Positions 1 through 12,153 of a stretch of 64,000 nucleotides of DNA are shown here, in pieces. Origin of the DNA: Chiloscyllium plagiosum. Lineage: Eukaryota. Below the pieces are notes generated by a model. The model was given only the letters and a program-made list of their open reading frames with translations, did not search any database and was not told the origin of the DNA. The position numbers and the translations under genes were made by a program. The stretch lies in the NCBI RefSeq assembly GCF_004010195.1, contig NC_057719.1:24529465-24593464 (forward strand), read 5' to 3'. Positions within the stretch are counted from its first letter, which is position 1. Every line of letters starts with the position of its first letter.

Positions 1-539
1 GTCAAGACAAAATGGTAAAAAAAAAACTGGCTGTTCATATATAAAAAAGAAAATTATTGGTAAATTACCTTTGGAATTTTCTACAGTCAATTGATGAAGG
101 TTTTTTAATATGTAAAAAAATGACACTTCAGAAGCTTGCTCTATTAGGCCACCTACTGGCTACAACTATACTGTCACAGACAACTGCAAAATTAAATGGG
201 AAATGTTGACATAGCAAATTATAATGAAATGGAAAAGTGTTCAGAAAACTCATGAAAACTGGAAGTAGCAGATTTACTTATGATAAGCACATTAATGTGT
301 TGCCCATAAGGAATTCTCCAAGAGTTTATCTTATAATGCATACACCACAGATAATACTTCAACGCATTTTAAATTGACTCTAACAATTATTTAAACATAT
401 TTTAATTATTTATGTCATTAAAAAAATCCATGTATATGATTTCATCAGGAACTTCATGAGACACCTTCTTTTCGCTTTTTCATATTGGCAGGAAAATGTT
501 ACAAATACTGACCAACTTGGTTGGGTTATCGAAAACTGG

Positions 540-690
540 ACATAGCACATAGAACAGTACAGTACAGGCCCCTCGGCCCTTGATGTTGTGCCGAGCTTTT
601 ACCCTACTCTAAGATCAAACAAACCTACATAACCTTCATTTTACCCTCAACTGTGTGCCGATCCAAGAGTCGCTTAAACGTTCCTATAGC
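540..690 (-). mobile_element. CR1 LINE 3' end fragment
   Basis: Reverse complement of the CR1 3' tail seen at 12830-12975 and 31630-31765 (CATAGAACAGTACAG...GGCCCTCGGCCC...TCTAAGATCAAAC). Confidence 0.7.
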
Positions 691-984
691 ATCCATGTAG
701 TTTGAACATTGCTCATTCTTCAACTAATTTGTGTATTTACTGGCATTTAAAACACCTGGTCATTTGTTCGCCACAGCTTAATTTAGCCATATCACATATG
801 CAATATGTCTGTGGGCTGTAATGTGGATACTTGTGATTGTGTAAGGTATATCATTCTTGTATTGACTGTATAAAGTTAAATTTACACTTTCATCTCATTT
901 GACTTAATGTCTGTCTGTTAATTTTTGTTTATTTTGATTCTGATTTGTGTTAAAGTAGAAGTTACTAGAAGTGAAATTAGAATC

Positions 985-1258
985 CCTAGAGTGCAGATAG
1001 AGGCCATTTGGCCCATCAATTCTGTACCAACCCTCCAAAGAGCATTCACCCAGACCCACCCCCCATTTATCGTGGCTAATCCACTTAGCATGCACATCTT
1101 TGGACTGTGGGAGGAAACTGGATCACCTGGCAGAAACCCATACAGACATGGGGAGTACATGCCAACTCCACACAGATAGTCATCCAAGGTTAGAATTGAA
1201 TCCAGATCACTAGCACTGTGAGGCAGCAGTGCTAACCACTGTGCCACTCTGCCACCCC
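985..1258 (-). mobile_element. HE1-type tRNA-derived SINE
   Basis: Minus strand begins GGTGGCACAGTGGTTAGCACTGCTGCCTCACAG (A box), followed by a B-box-like GATTCAATTC. Body matches the other copies in the window. Confidence 0.85.
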
Positions 1259-2910
1259 AATTTGGTGGCAAATTCTTCATTTGGCCATTCTGTAAATTTG
1301 ATTATTTTTAGTTTACAAATCTCTCACTAGATTTGTAACAAATCTTCACTGCCACTAAAAGAAGCATAAAATGTCAAATTTCCATGAGGACACCCCTCCA
1401 CAGACACCTATTTTACAAGGTTATATCACTTGGAAAGGAGAACACCATTTCAATTGCTGTATCTCAATTGTAATTGTAAAAACCATTACATATATTGGAC
1501 ACAAATACATGCAAAACAAATTTAATCATGAAAACCATGCAGTGTTTGATATTGCATTAACTCTCCAAAGGGTGTTTGGTGATTTCAGTTTCTAAAGAAC
1601 AGTATTCTAATTTTCAATCAAAGCAATGGTAATTTGAATCTCAGAAGAGGGATTTGTCCTTTGCACATATATACATACAGGATATCTTAGTGGCATTTCT
1701 TCTCAGTTTACTTAGTCCAAGAACTCCCCAGATACAATTACTATCTATAATTTGTCAGCAGATATGATGTTCAATAATATTTGTCACCACTAAAATGTCA
1801 CTATCTAAGTGTTCTATTGTCCAACCATGATGATAAATACTGCTAAAACAGAACTTACAGTAATCTTTAAGAAAAACTAAAGCTGTTGAGATTTAGTAGC
1901 TTGAGTCATAATAAGAAGGTTTTGTTGTTTTTTTTCTGGGATAAAAAGCTTAAAGAAATGAGGAACACATACTGTTTTGGAGAAAATTATTAATGTAAAT
2001 TTGTAAATTCTTATTGAATATTTTGGAAGATCCTACATGTTGATAGGCTGAAATATTAATTGAGCCAATAAAAAAGGGAAGGCAACAGATTGAAAGTCTT
2101 CAAATCAAATGACAACTTCTAAATCATTAAGTGGTACTCTCAGTTGGCATCATGAATGAAGAGGACTGAAGCCTTTGTATAAATGAGACTGGGTTTAGAA
2201 TGTTTAATAAATGTTGTGGCATGGTGTTATTCATAATTCGTAAAATTTTGGAAACTTCCCAGAGTATGATCATTATCAAACTTATTTAATTAAAGTAACA
2301 AGAATATAATTGAACCTTTATATGTTGCTGAGTTTAAAAATTATGAGGTAGAGATGTATCAAATCAGGAGTTACTGAAGATAGCAAGTGAATTGTTGGAG
2401 AACCGAAAGATGGGAGTTTCAATGTTTGTGTGAAAAAAGCCAGAAAGTTTGATGAGTATTAACAGGGATTAGAGGGTAAAAATAATCTACACCAGTATAT
2501 ATATATATTTTTAAATGTTGGTTAAGTTACTGGTGTATATGGAGATTATGTGCAGTAATACTGATGGATTTTACTAAAATTGGTACATACCGTAACATGA
2601 ATCCTCTTTGTAGCTTATTATAGCAACACACTGCATGGATAGTACATGTAACTTTAAGATACTCTTGAAAAGTTCAACACATGTATGTGTGAATTTATCT
2701 GTCACTTCATTTTTTGAATACATCAAAGACAGCAGGCTTACAGGCTACAAATGAATCACAGGTAACTGGAAACTTTGACAGTTGCATTACTAAACATCCA
2801 TGCACTGACATTTCTATTGTTAAAAACAACTTATTTGGTTCCAAAAGACAATATTGTGACTTGATGAATTGTTTCATTTGAGTTAGCATTTTGTCATTTT
2901 CAATACTTGT

Positions 2911-2969
2911 TTTGATTCATAAATATGAATCAAACATAAACTAAATGTTTATGTTTGATTCATATTTAT
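2911..2969. repeat. Perfect 23-bp inverted repeat with a nested 11-bp inverted repeat
   Basis: ATAAATATGAATCAAACATAAAC (2919-2941), 5-nt loop, exact reverse complement (2947-2969). TTTGATTCATA (2911-2921) also pairs with 2924-2934. Confidence 0.9.
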
Positions 2970-5277
2970 CATAACCAACACTAATTCATATACTTTTGCA
3001 ATTATGCAATTGTTCAATTTTTAAAATTCCCATTGTTTCAACTTCAGAATAAAAATCTCCAAAGCATTCTAGTGTATCTTGATTTTCTTTTCAAACTCCA
3101 AAGTACTGTGATATGCCATTTAACTTAGCATTCTTTCTTGATTTCTCATGACAATATCTCAGTAACCTGTAAATTATCAATGTACAGTTGCGTATGAATT
3201 TTAAGACACTTACTTGGTAGCATGCAGATTCTAATTATTCCCCGACTATTGCATAGAGAATCTGATTTCAGGTTAGTAAAAATCTCAGGGATATTTACAT
3301 AAGGTAAACTGTCAGAGTTTTAAGAGCATTTACTATAGCCCCACCACATGTATAAACCATGTTTCAATGGGCAAAATATAGAGGTTTATAAGTATGTCTG
3401 AATGAGCAACGTCTGCTTTCTGTACACAACAGTAAAAACACTTTATGAAGCTTATGTTTGTTAATGCAATGACTTCTGTAACTTGTCTTCTCATCAAACT
3501 TCAATCTATAAAGAAATAAAACAAGGAAAAGCAAGATTCCAAAAAAAGTGATCAGCATAATGTGAAGCGAAACGAGTAAGCTGTCATGGAAAAGATCGTG
3601 CTGAGCTATTTTAATTTTCTGAAATTGGATAGTTGTGCAACATTAAGGGTCTGTGGAAAGAATTGTTTTAAAAAGTTCACTACAGCTGCCATTGCTTTGA
3701 AAGACGCCCGCAGACTGTGGGTAAGTTTTTACTTCTTCCACGGATAAACGTTTCCATTCCAGGCACCACATATTTCAGTTTAAACTATTGTAGATGTTAA
3801 ATGGAGGTTGAGAACTTTGCCCTTTTAATAAGTAAAACAGTTTCTTAAATGGGTGTCAAAACTTTGGAGGTTATCAGCACATCACAGCACGGGGACTGTC
3901 ACAACTCTGCATCAATCACAATTGATGGATATAAGTATACAACAACATGGCGGATATTAGATAACGCGCAGGAGGAACCCAGTCTGTTGAGTGCCTGCAT
4001 CTGCTTTCCTTCACCCTGGGAATGTGTACACAGTTTGCCAGTGCATTTCTGCGCGGCTTGAAAGCAGGGCAAAACAAGACAGAAGGCAGAGCGTGACCGA
4101 CGGGGCTGCGAGCACTGTTCAATCAGATCTCATAAGCATGGGTGAGGGAAGGGGTTGAGCCTACACTCTCCTCAACCCGCACATTCCAGGGGGATAAAGC
4201 CAAGCTAGTGGCTGTCAAATACAGGGCAGTACACAATGGACACGCTACATCGGTCTGAAAAATTGCTGCAGCGTGTTCAGTGTAGATTAGATTCAGAGAC
4301 GAGCCGGAGCGAAAGTCTCTGCATATGCAGGTCGTACATGATGCTACTCACTTCAAGGATGAGCCCGGGTGCAGTGGAGTGATGTGATGTGAAAAAGGAC
4401 ACGTTTGCAGCGGCTCTCCGGGACTCTCGCTCGTCCAGCTGCAAACTGACACTGGCTCGCTCTGAACATTATCATCGACGCGTTGCCAAAGATTAACAGA
4501 GTGGGGCGGCGAGGGGGGTGAATTCTGTGGATGTGTGCGTGTGTGTCTTCTGCAACGCCGTTGTTCCCCAACCCTTTCCACCTGTCTTTGGAAAAGGAGG
4601 GACGCCGAGGTGATTGAGCGCGTGGGGCAGTCTTTTGGGTGACAGCTCGAACGACCCGCGGTGGTATCTTCATTTCCGAATCGCGGGTGGACACCATGAA
4701 CGGCTTGACTCCAAAAATGCCCTGGGAGTGTGCACATACAGTGGACGTCGCCTGTTGCAGCGACCGCTTGGAAGAGTGATCCTTCGTATTCGTTTAAAAT
4801 TGCCGCTTGGGAAGAGTCCCACCCCCAAACCCCCCCCTTCCCCCGATCTTTCGGCTTTGCTAACTTTGTGCTTTCTCTCTGGGATTGCCCCGTACATGTG
4901 TTTGCAGGCGGCAGTGTCGTGTCGCGGCCATTGCGACTTCGAGGCAGCTCCTGGCCTCAGGATAAACACGAACAGCCAAGTTGTCTCAAAGTAGAGACGG
5001 ACAGCTCTCCTCCTACCCACCGCCCCTCTCTGTGCTGTTTCCGGAGCCCCGCGGTTCCCCTGTGTGGGTGAAGAGAGAGAGAGAGGTTCGAGTATCCCCA
5101 CGTCCCAGGGAACAAGGCGCAAAAGGACAACTTCACTTTGACGAGACACAAAAGTCTGACTGGAAGATTCTAGCCGCCTCCAAGGACAAAAAAAAAGTTT
5201 GCGGGACCAGTTTTGCCGTGCGGTACCCCGCTGAATTTTAATGAGTTGTGACTCTGTATTTTAACCGTGCAGGCGGG

Positions 5278-5361
5278 ATGCTGAACGCTGACCTCTCATT
5301 GACTCTCTATCCCTGGATTCTGAACCGCTACTTCCTCACCTCCCTGTTCTTTCTTTTTCAG
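5278..5361 (+). CDS. PRIMA1: PRIMA1 first coding exon (signal peptide; MLNADLSLTLYPWILNRYFLTSLFFLFQ)
   Basis: ATG at 5278, 28 mostly hydrophobic codons, strong phase-0 donor CAG|GTGAGT at 5361/5362, and a possible upstream acceptor TGCAG ending at 5272. Splices in frame to the PRAD exon. As recalled, the mammalian first coding exon also ends in Q at phase 0. Confidence 0.85.
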
Positions 5362-5481
5362 GTGAGTGCAGGAGTAAGTTTACCAAGCGCAGTTTTGTTT
5401 TCTCCCACCCCCCGAGAGTACACACACACACACCTCTGCCTGCTTGTGGTTTAATACAATTTTGTTCTTCGCCTCTCTCAG

Positions 5482-5629
5482 CTTTCTCAGGGCGAACTCC
5501 AGAAATCAGGCGGGAGATCGGTTTTTGAGACGGGGACTGACGAGTGTCATGAGATCTGCTCGTGTCGACTACCCCCGTTACCCCCTCCACCACCACCCCC
5601 TCCACCGCCCAGGCAATTCGTGTCTCCAA
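5482..5629 (+). CDS. PRIMA1: PRIMA1 second coding exon, proline-rich attachment domain (LSQGELQKSGGRSVFETGTDECHEICSCRLPPLPPPPPPPPPPRQFVSP)
   Basis: Pyrimidine tract and CAG acceptor ending at 5481; phase-1 donor A|GTAAGT at 5629/5630. Translation matches the recalled mammalian PRiMA segment GEPQKSC..TDSCRHVCQCRPPPPLPPPPPPPPPPR. Frame not present in the ORF track. Confidence 0.92.
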
Positions 5630-8539
5630 GTAAGTGGCAACCATCCATGTTGAAGTCAGTGAGTTCCCCAGCAGAGACTGTGTGTGAGAGACTGTGTATA
5701 ATATATAATATACACACATGAGAATAGTGATGCACAGCAAAGACTGAGTGGGACTAGGTTTCGCCCTCCCTCCTAATGAGCATCTGTCTCTGACCTCAGT
5801 GAGTACAATTCGTCCCCTGGCAATAGGTGTATGTGTTCCCAACCTTTCCGCCCTCATCTGGAGCTCCCTTGGCCGAGTTCTCTCGTTGCCTGGTTTGTTG
5901 TTTTGCGCGTCACTGCTGACAACACGGTTCAATTCCACTATAACAGCAACAATGACAAAGGCTCTAATTGCAAGTGTTACAGCGCTGGGAGACTCCAATT
6001 AGTTTCTGAAGAATTCTTACTGTTTCGAGATCCTTGGGCCGTTTTAGAGCACCCACAGCATGAGTGCCATTTCATCTAAGTCCAATTCATTGACCGTAAA
6101 AACTGTAGATTTCAGTCTTTCCCAAAAAAACGTGCAACACCCATCAATTTGGTATAATATAGATATTTATTTTTCAGGATTCTTACTTTTCCCAATTAAT
6201 TCTGCTGGGAGATATACTGTGTGAACTAAATGACATATATACTCACTAAACTGCTGCACAATAGCTTAAAGCAGTTAGCAAAATAATATATTTATTGGAC
6301 AAAGTTAGTTACAATATACAGAGTTCATTTGCCACCAGTCAACAGTCTCCTTTTATACTGCATAAATGCTGTTTTCCCATTGCATTGTTATTCTTGCAAA
6401 TTGTCCTGATGAGTCAAACTTGAAAAGCGTTGATAATGTGTCTTTTTATGACCATGCTCAAGTTCTGTGGTAAGACGTTATATTTAATTACAGTAGGAAG
6501 ATGGTCGTTTCTGTGGTCCAGGGGAAAGGCCACTATCTGTTTCATCACTCTTTTAAAGAAGAAACATCAAAGGCTTAATCTGTGAGAGCCAACTCAGATC
6601 CATCAAATATTTAGTTGTTTTCAGACATAATTCCCCTCAGCATAAAGGTTTTTCTCGCCTATCAGTGAATGTTGTACTAATTTCACATCAGTACTAGTGA
6701 CATTTTTAATTCCAATTTTTACATTCACTTTTATTGATAGTAATTATTCAGGGTTTCCTTTTTTCTAAGGTTTATGAACAACTGAGCGGATGTCCATGCT
6801 GTGCCTCTGCCAAACGGCAAGCTTTCAGTGAAAGCCTGCCTCAGGCTGTAGCTAGATAACAATAGATCAAGACAGTGCATGGTTGGAGCAAATTACATCA
6901 TTGTAGTCACAAGATTATGCAACTTCAGGTTAATAATTGTGCTGTTCATCCCATCAAGTGGAACTTGTAATAGCATGTAGAAAATGATTTATTTTTCAAT
7001 GGTTGGCAGGAATATTACAAGGATTTTGGGACAATGAAGTCAAGCAGTAATCTCCATGGTCAGTTTTGTTTTTCATGTTTTTGTTCAAGATTGTACTCAA
7101 TGTAATGCTGTTAATTGTAATGACTGTGCTACATGATGTGCCAAATAATTAACAATAAACCATCTACTTGCTTGAATCTAATCTGCAATACAGATTGTAC
7201 AATTTTCTAAAATCAATATATAAATTTATTTCATAAATTACTGTTGTACGTTAACATTTAGAAATCTACTTAATGTTTAGAAATGACCTCAATAGGCAAT
7301 GTTTGCTTTGTTTACCAACAGCTTGTAGAAGGAAATCTTTGTGAGGAAGTACGCATAATCACTGGACCTTTTGAGATAAATTACATCATTGTTGAGAGTA
7401 GTTTTGGCATGAAGTGTAAATCGAAGGGAAAGAAAACATTCTTTTAATTTCTAATTGACCTTTTTTAAAATGCAGGTCCATTTCAAATAGCATTTAGGTT
7501 ATGGGTTGAAATTCTAATTACCTTAGCTACGCAGAAAACCATATAGTGAAGAGGAATTTGTCCCATAAACTCAGTAGAAAATAACTATCTGATACAAGAA
7601 GCTTGAAATGGTCATTACTTATACTGAATAAATTTTATCCTGCCCTCTGTCAGTCACAACTTATGTTTATAAAGTAACTTTGACATAATAAAACATTCCA
7701 AGGTCTTTTACGTAAGTATTATAAAACAAAATGTGAGCCCAAATAGTTTAGGTCAGGTGAGCAAAATATTGGTCAGGAAGGCATGTTTAAAAGGGCAAAA
7801 GTAGGGTTGAGAGGGGGGAAAGTGTAAGGAATGTATTCCAGTGCTTAGGTCCTAATCAGTAATAATACCTTCCCAAAACTTTATTCACTATCTGCATAAT
7901 TGTATATCTATTATTGTTGTTATCACTTAAATGTATAATCATATAAAACATTTTAATGTAAATGTTACTCAGTCTTATTCCTTACAAGGTAAACTCATTT
8001 AGAAGTGCATTGCTGTAATTTATATTTTTAATCATTAAAGGGAAACAACTATTTGTTTCCAGGTGTAAGATACAGAAAAGCCTTAAATACTCTTGCTTTC
8101 ATGCATTGATAGTGGATGCCCAGTGGTATTGTTTTCATCAAATGAGATGATGCACCCAATTCAAGGTTCAGGAGTTTAATACAATGTAATGCACTGAATA
8201 TTATTCTGGTAAAATTGATTCTGTCCCGTTTAACAAAACAAAGTATAATTGTTCTTAACTTATCATAAAATTGGTTCATCTAGAGTTGATTGTTATTTGA
8301 TTCAACTCCCAAGAGAAAACGTGTGCTGTAGGTAACCAGATGTACTTGTGATCGCTTTCATTTTGCAACAAATTTATAGAGAATAATATCTGCAGCATGG
8401 TGTGGTCTCTCATGGTGTTGTGATAGCATTGCTACCTCTAGACCAGAGGCCTGCATTCAATTCCCAGCTATTCTGGCATTGTGTAATAACATCTCTGAAC
8501 AAGTTGATAAGGAAAAATATCTACAATGTGACAGAGAAG

Positions 8540-8630
8540 ACCCACGCTGGACTCGAAACTTTAACTCTATATCTCTGCACAGATGCTGCCAGACCTGCTG
8601 AGTTTCTCCAGCAATTTCTGTATTTGTTAC
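8540..8630 (+). mobile_element. Penelope-derived short element, family B, hammerhead truncated
   Basis: GGACTCGAAACTTTAACTCT...GATGCTGCCAGACCTGCTGAGTTTCTCCAGCAATTTCTG matches the 24664 and 33280 copies. The CTGANGA half of the core is missing. Confidence 0.7.
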
Positions 8631-9094
8631 AACAGGATCTGAATGAGCTGATGTAGCATTTTTCATTTTTGCCACTAAATATCTCCGTACTGAGCATAGC
8701 AAGTCCAGAATGTGCTGATTGATTGTAGCTGAAAACATGAAAAGAAGTATGCCTGAATTTACAGAAATGCACAAATCAGGCAGCAACTTCAGTAAACTGT
8801 AGATTGGTAGTTAAACATGAAAATCTGTAAATAGCTGTCTGAGATATGCTATTTTGCCATAACTGTGTGAAATGTCATGTTGCTGTACAACTTCCTATTC
8901 ATATATCCTGACCAGTTAAAGATAGATAATGCACTAAACTGCAGAAGTTAGGACATGCTGATATCAATTTTAGTAAGAAGAGTATGCCAGAATGTTTTCA
9001 GACATGGAGCATAACAATTATAGGGATCAACTGGAGAAATTGGACAATTCTCCTTTGAACAGAAAAGATTGGAGATTTGATATAGGTACATAAG

Positions 9095-9360
9095 TTATCA
9101 TAGAATTCCTATGGTGTGGAAACAGGCCATTTGGTCCATCGAGTCCGCACAGCCCACCTAGACTGTCCGACTCTGTAACCCTGCATTTCACATGGCTAAT
9201 CCACCTTGTCTGCATATCCCTTGACACTGTGGGTGACATAGCATGGCCAATCCGTCTAACCTGCACATCTTTGGACTGTGGGAGGAAACTGGAGAAAACC
9301 CACATAGGCAAGGAGAGAATTTGCAAACTGTTTACATGAGGGTGGAATCAAACCCGGGTC
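9095..9360 (-). mobile_element. HE1-type SINE, 5' truncated
   Basis: Body CTGCACATCTTTGGACTGTGGGAGGAAAC shared with the other copies; stops at the B box. Confidence 0.8.
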
Positions 9361-10570
9361 TCATCCCTTACCAACAAGGCCACTCCACCCCCTCTGCCCG
9401 TCAGTCTGTCCTTACGATAGCACGTGAAGCCTTGAATATTCATTCCCCAGGCCCTGTCCACTTGAAGCCACGTCTCAGTTATCCCCACAATATCGTATCT
9501 GCCAATTTCCAAAAGAGGCTCAAGCTCATCCATCTTATTTTTAATGCTTCGTGCATTCATTTTATTATTTTTAATTTGTTACTGCCCTCACCCTTCCCAT
9601 CAACTCCTATTTCACTCAACCTTACAGCATGATCCCTTTCTGAGGTTTCTGCCTCATTGATACAGTTGTCTTTCTTGACTTCCCTTGTTCTAACTTTCCC
9701 TCCAATTTCCTTCTTAAACATCCAGTTTGTCCCCTTCCCCCTCCTACTTATCTTAAACGTAGCTGTGTTGCAGTAGCAAACCTGCCTGCCAGAATGCTGG
9801 TCCCTAACCTATTAAGGTGCAAACTGTGTCTCTTGTAGAATTTATGCTTACCACAAAACATACCCCAGTGATCCAAGAATTTAAATCCTTGCTTCCTGCA
9901 CCAGTTCCCCAGCCACACATTCAAGTCCATTATCTCCCTGTTTCTGGCCTCACCAGCCTGAGGAACTGGAAGCAAACCGGAGATAACCACCTTGGACGTC
10001 CTGCTTTTCAGCCTTCTTCCTAGTTCTCCGAAGTCCCGCTGTAGTATATTCCTCCTCTTCTTCCCGACATCATTTGTGCCGACGTGTACCACCACCTCTG
10101 GCTCTTCACCTTCGTCCTTGAGGATTTCCTGCACTCTGTCTGTGATGTCTTTAACCCTGGCACCAGGAAGGCAACACACCATCCTTAAGTCCCGTCTGCT
10201 GCCACAAATACCCCGGTCAGTTCCTCTCACTATGGAGTCCCCTATTACCACGGCTCTGTGCAATGTCCAACTCTTCCGCTCTGTCTCCATGCCAACTTTT
10301 GATTGACAGACCTGGCCGCCTCGTGGACTGGCAGTGTTATCTGTCTCTAATGTTTCCAAAAGTTTCAACGTGTTCCTGACAGGTACTTCACCCAGGGTCT
10401 CTTGCACCTGTCTCCTCTCTGCCTTCCTCATCGTCTGCTCTCTTCTGGTACGATTGCTGTAATAACCTCGCTGAAGATCTTCTCCAGAAAGATCTCGTTC
10501 TCTCGGATGAGCCTAAGGTCCTCGAGTTCTTTCATCAATGCTGCAATATGCTCTGTCAGTAGCTGAACGT
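9361..10570 (-). mobile_element. CR1 LINE 5' part: ORF1 SGNH esterase and the start of the ORF2 endonuclease
   Basis: ORF 9748-10431 has VVIGDSIVRG, VHVGTNDV and LHLN (SGNH/GDSL esterase motifs of CR1 ORF1). ORF 9348-9560 has NARSIKNK, GITETWL and GGGVAL (APE endonuclease). Confidence 0.9.
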
Positions 10571-11180
10571 GCCCCTCATAATTTTATAAACGTCTATAAG
10601 GTCACCCCTCAGCCTCCAAAAACAGCCCAAGTTTATTCAACCTCTCCCTATAGCTCAAATCTTCCAACCCTGGCAAATATCCTTGTAAATCAATTCTGAC
10701 CCTTTCATGTTTCATAACATCTTTCTGATAGGAAGGAGACCAGAATTGCATGCAATATTCCAAAAGTGGTCTAACCAATGTCCTGTACAGCCATAAAATG
10801 ACCTCCCAACTCCTGTACTTAATACTCTGACCAATAAAGGAAAGCATACCAAACGCCTTCTTCACTATCCTAGCTATCTGCGACTCCACTTTCAAAGAGC
10901 TATGAATCTGCACTCCAAGGTTTCTTTGTTCAGCAATGCTCCCTCGGACCTTACCATTAAGTGTATAAGTCCTGCTAAGATTTGCTTTCCTAAAATGCAG
11001 TACCTCACATTTATCTGAACTCCATCTTCCACTTCTCAGCCCATTGGCCCATCTGATCAAGATCCTGTTGTAATCTGAGGTAACCTTCTTCGCTGTCCAC
11101 TACACCTCCAATTTTGGTGTCATCTGCAAACTTACTAACTATATCTCTTATGCTCTGATCCAAATCATTTATATAAATGA
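10571..11180 (-). mobile_element. CR1 LINE reverse transcriptase, C-terminal fragment
   Basis: PLLFIIYINDLD, SKFADDTK, KCEVLHF and LVRPLLEYC motifs, broken by frameshifts. Confidence 0.92.
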
Positions 11181-11254
11181 TGAAAAGTAGTGGATTCAAT
11201 TTAAAATTCGTTAGACTTTGTTTTTCTTTAGCAATTAATTACTAAGGAAGCATG

Positions 11255-11357
11255 TTGCAAAAACAGAAATTGCTGGAAAAGCTCAGCAAATCTGGCAGCA
11301 TTTGTGGAGAGAAATCAGAGATAACATTTCGAGTGGAGTAACCTTCCTTAGAACTCA
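11255..11357 (-). mobile_element. Penelope-derived short element, family B-like, degenerate hammerhead
   Basis: Minus strand reads AGTT-CTAAGGA-AGGTTACTCCACTC-GAAATGTT followed by the family B tail. Confidence 0.65.
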
Positions 11358-12153
11358 GATGCCAGATACCTTTTTCAAGGCATAACATCATTTCACTGTC
11401 ACGAATGTCCCTCTTGCATAAGTTTAACATACAGAAATTCAGGAGGTTAAATGGACAACAGCAAGTCTAACAGACCTTGGATGCTGTTTGTTTGTTGGCC
11501 ATTGTATTAATTCTGGTCTAATGCTAAATTGTGGATGCTGCTTTAAGTTACAAATTATGAAAACTGTTAAATAAACATGATAAACTTGTAGAAATATCGA
11601 TAAAGACTAGCTCAAGTATTTTGTGTTGTTAGAGAGTTTTTCTTAAACTTAGCTGTCATGCTTATCTATTTTAAATTGTTATTATGGTTCCTCTTTATAC
11701 TGATTGTTAAGCATTTAAAAGATTCAGTAAGAAGGTAATTGCAAAAGGTTTGCCTTTTTCAGAAATTGAACAATTTCAACCATACAGTATATCACTGAAG
11801 ATGAAAATTATTATTTTCTTCATGCTTTGTCATTTAAGAGTTTGACTTGTGGAATGCTACAGTGCCTCATTTATGTATCCAATTATAATGCAATGGCAAT
11901 AGCGAATGAGGTGTATGCTGACAGCCACATCTCAACATTGCTGGTTCAATGCATAATTGGCTTATATAGAGAACAGTTTTCTTTGACTATTCATGGTGCA
12001 ATAACAGGGAAAACTGCAAATGTTCAACAGATCTGGCAGCATCTGTCAAGAGAGAAACAGAACTAGTGATTTAGGTCTGTGACCTGCAGATTTCCAGTAT
12101 CTGCATTAATTATCTTTTGACTCTTCACTTTTAGTTGGGCTTCTCCTTCATCT

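Larger units (their letters stand above)
3950..5950. promoter_or_regulatory. CpG island, probable PRIMA1 promoter and 5' region
   Basis: Abrupt rise in GC content and CpG density against an AT-rich, CpG-depleted background, overlapping the first coding exons. Boundaries estimated by eye. Confidence 0.8.

Noticed and set aside
5336..5998. 220-aa minus-strand ORF and the other long ORFs in the CpG island
   Set aside because: They overlap the PRIMA1 exons on the other strand or frame, show no recognisable domain, and long ORFs are expected in GC-rich DNA.
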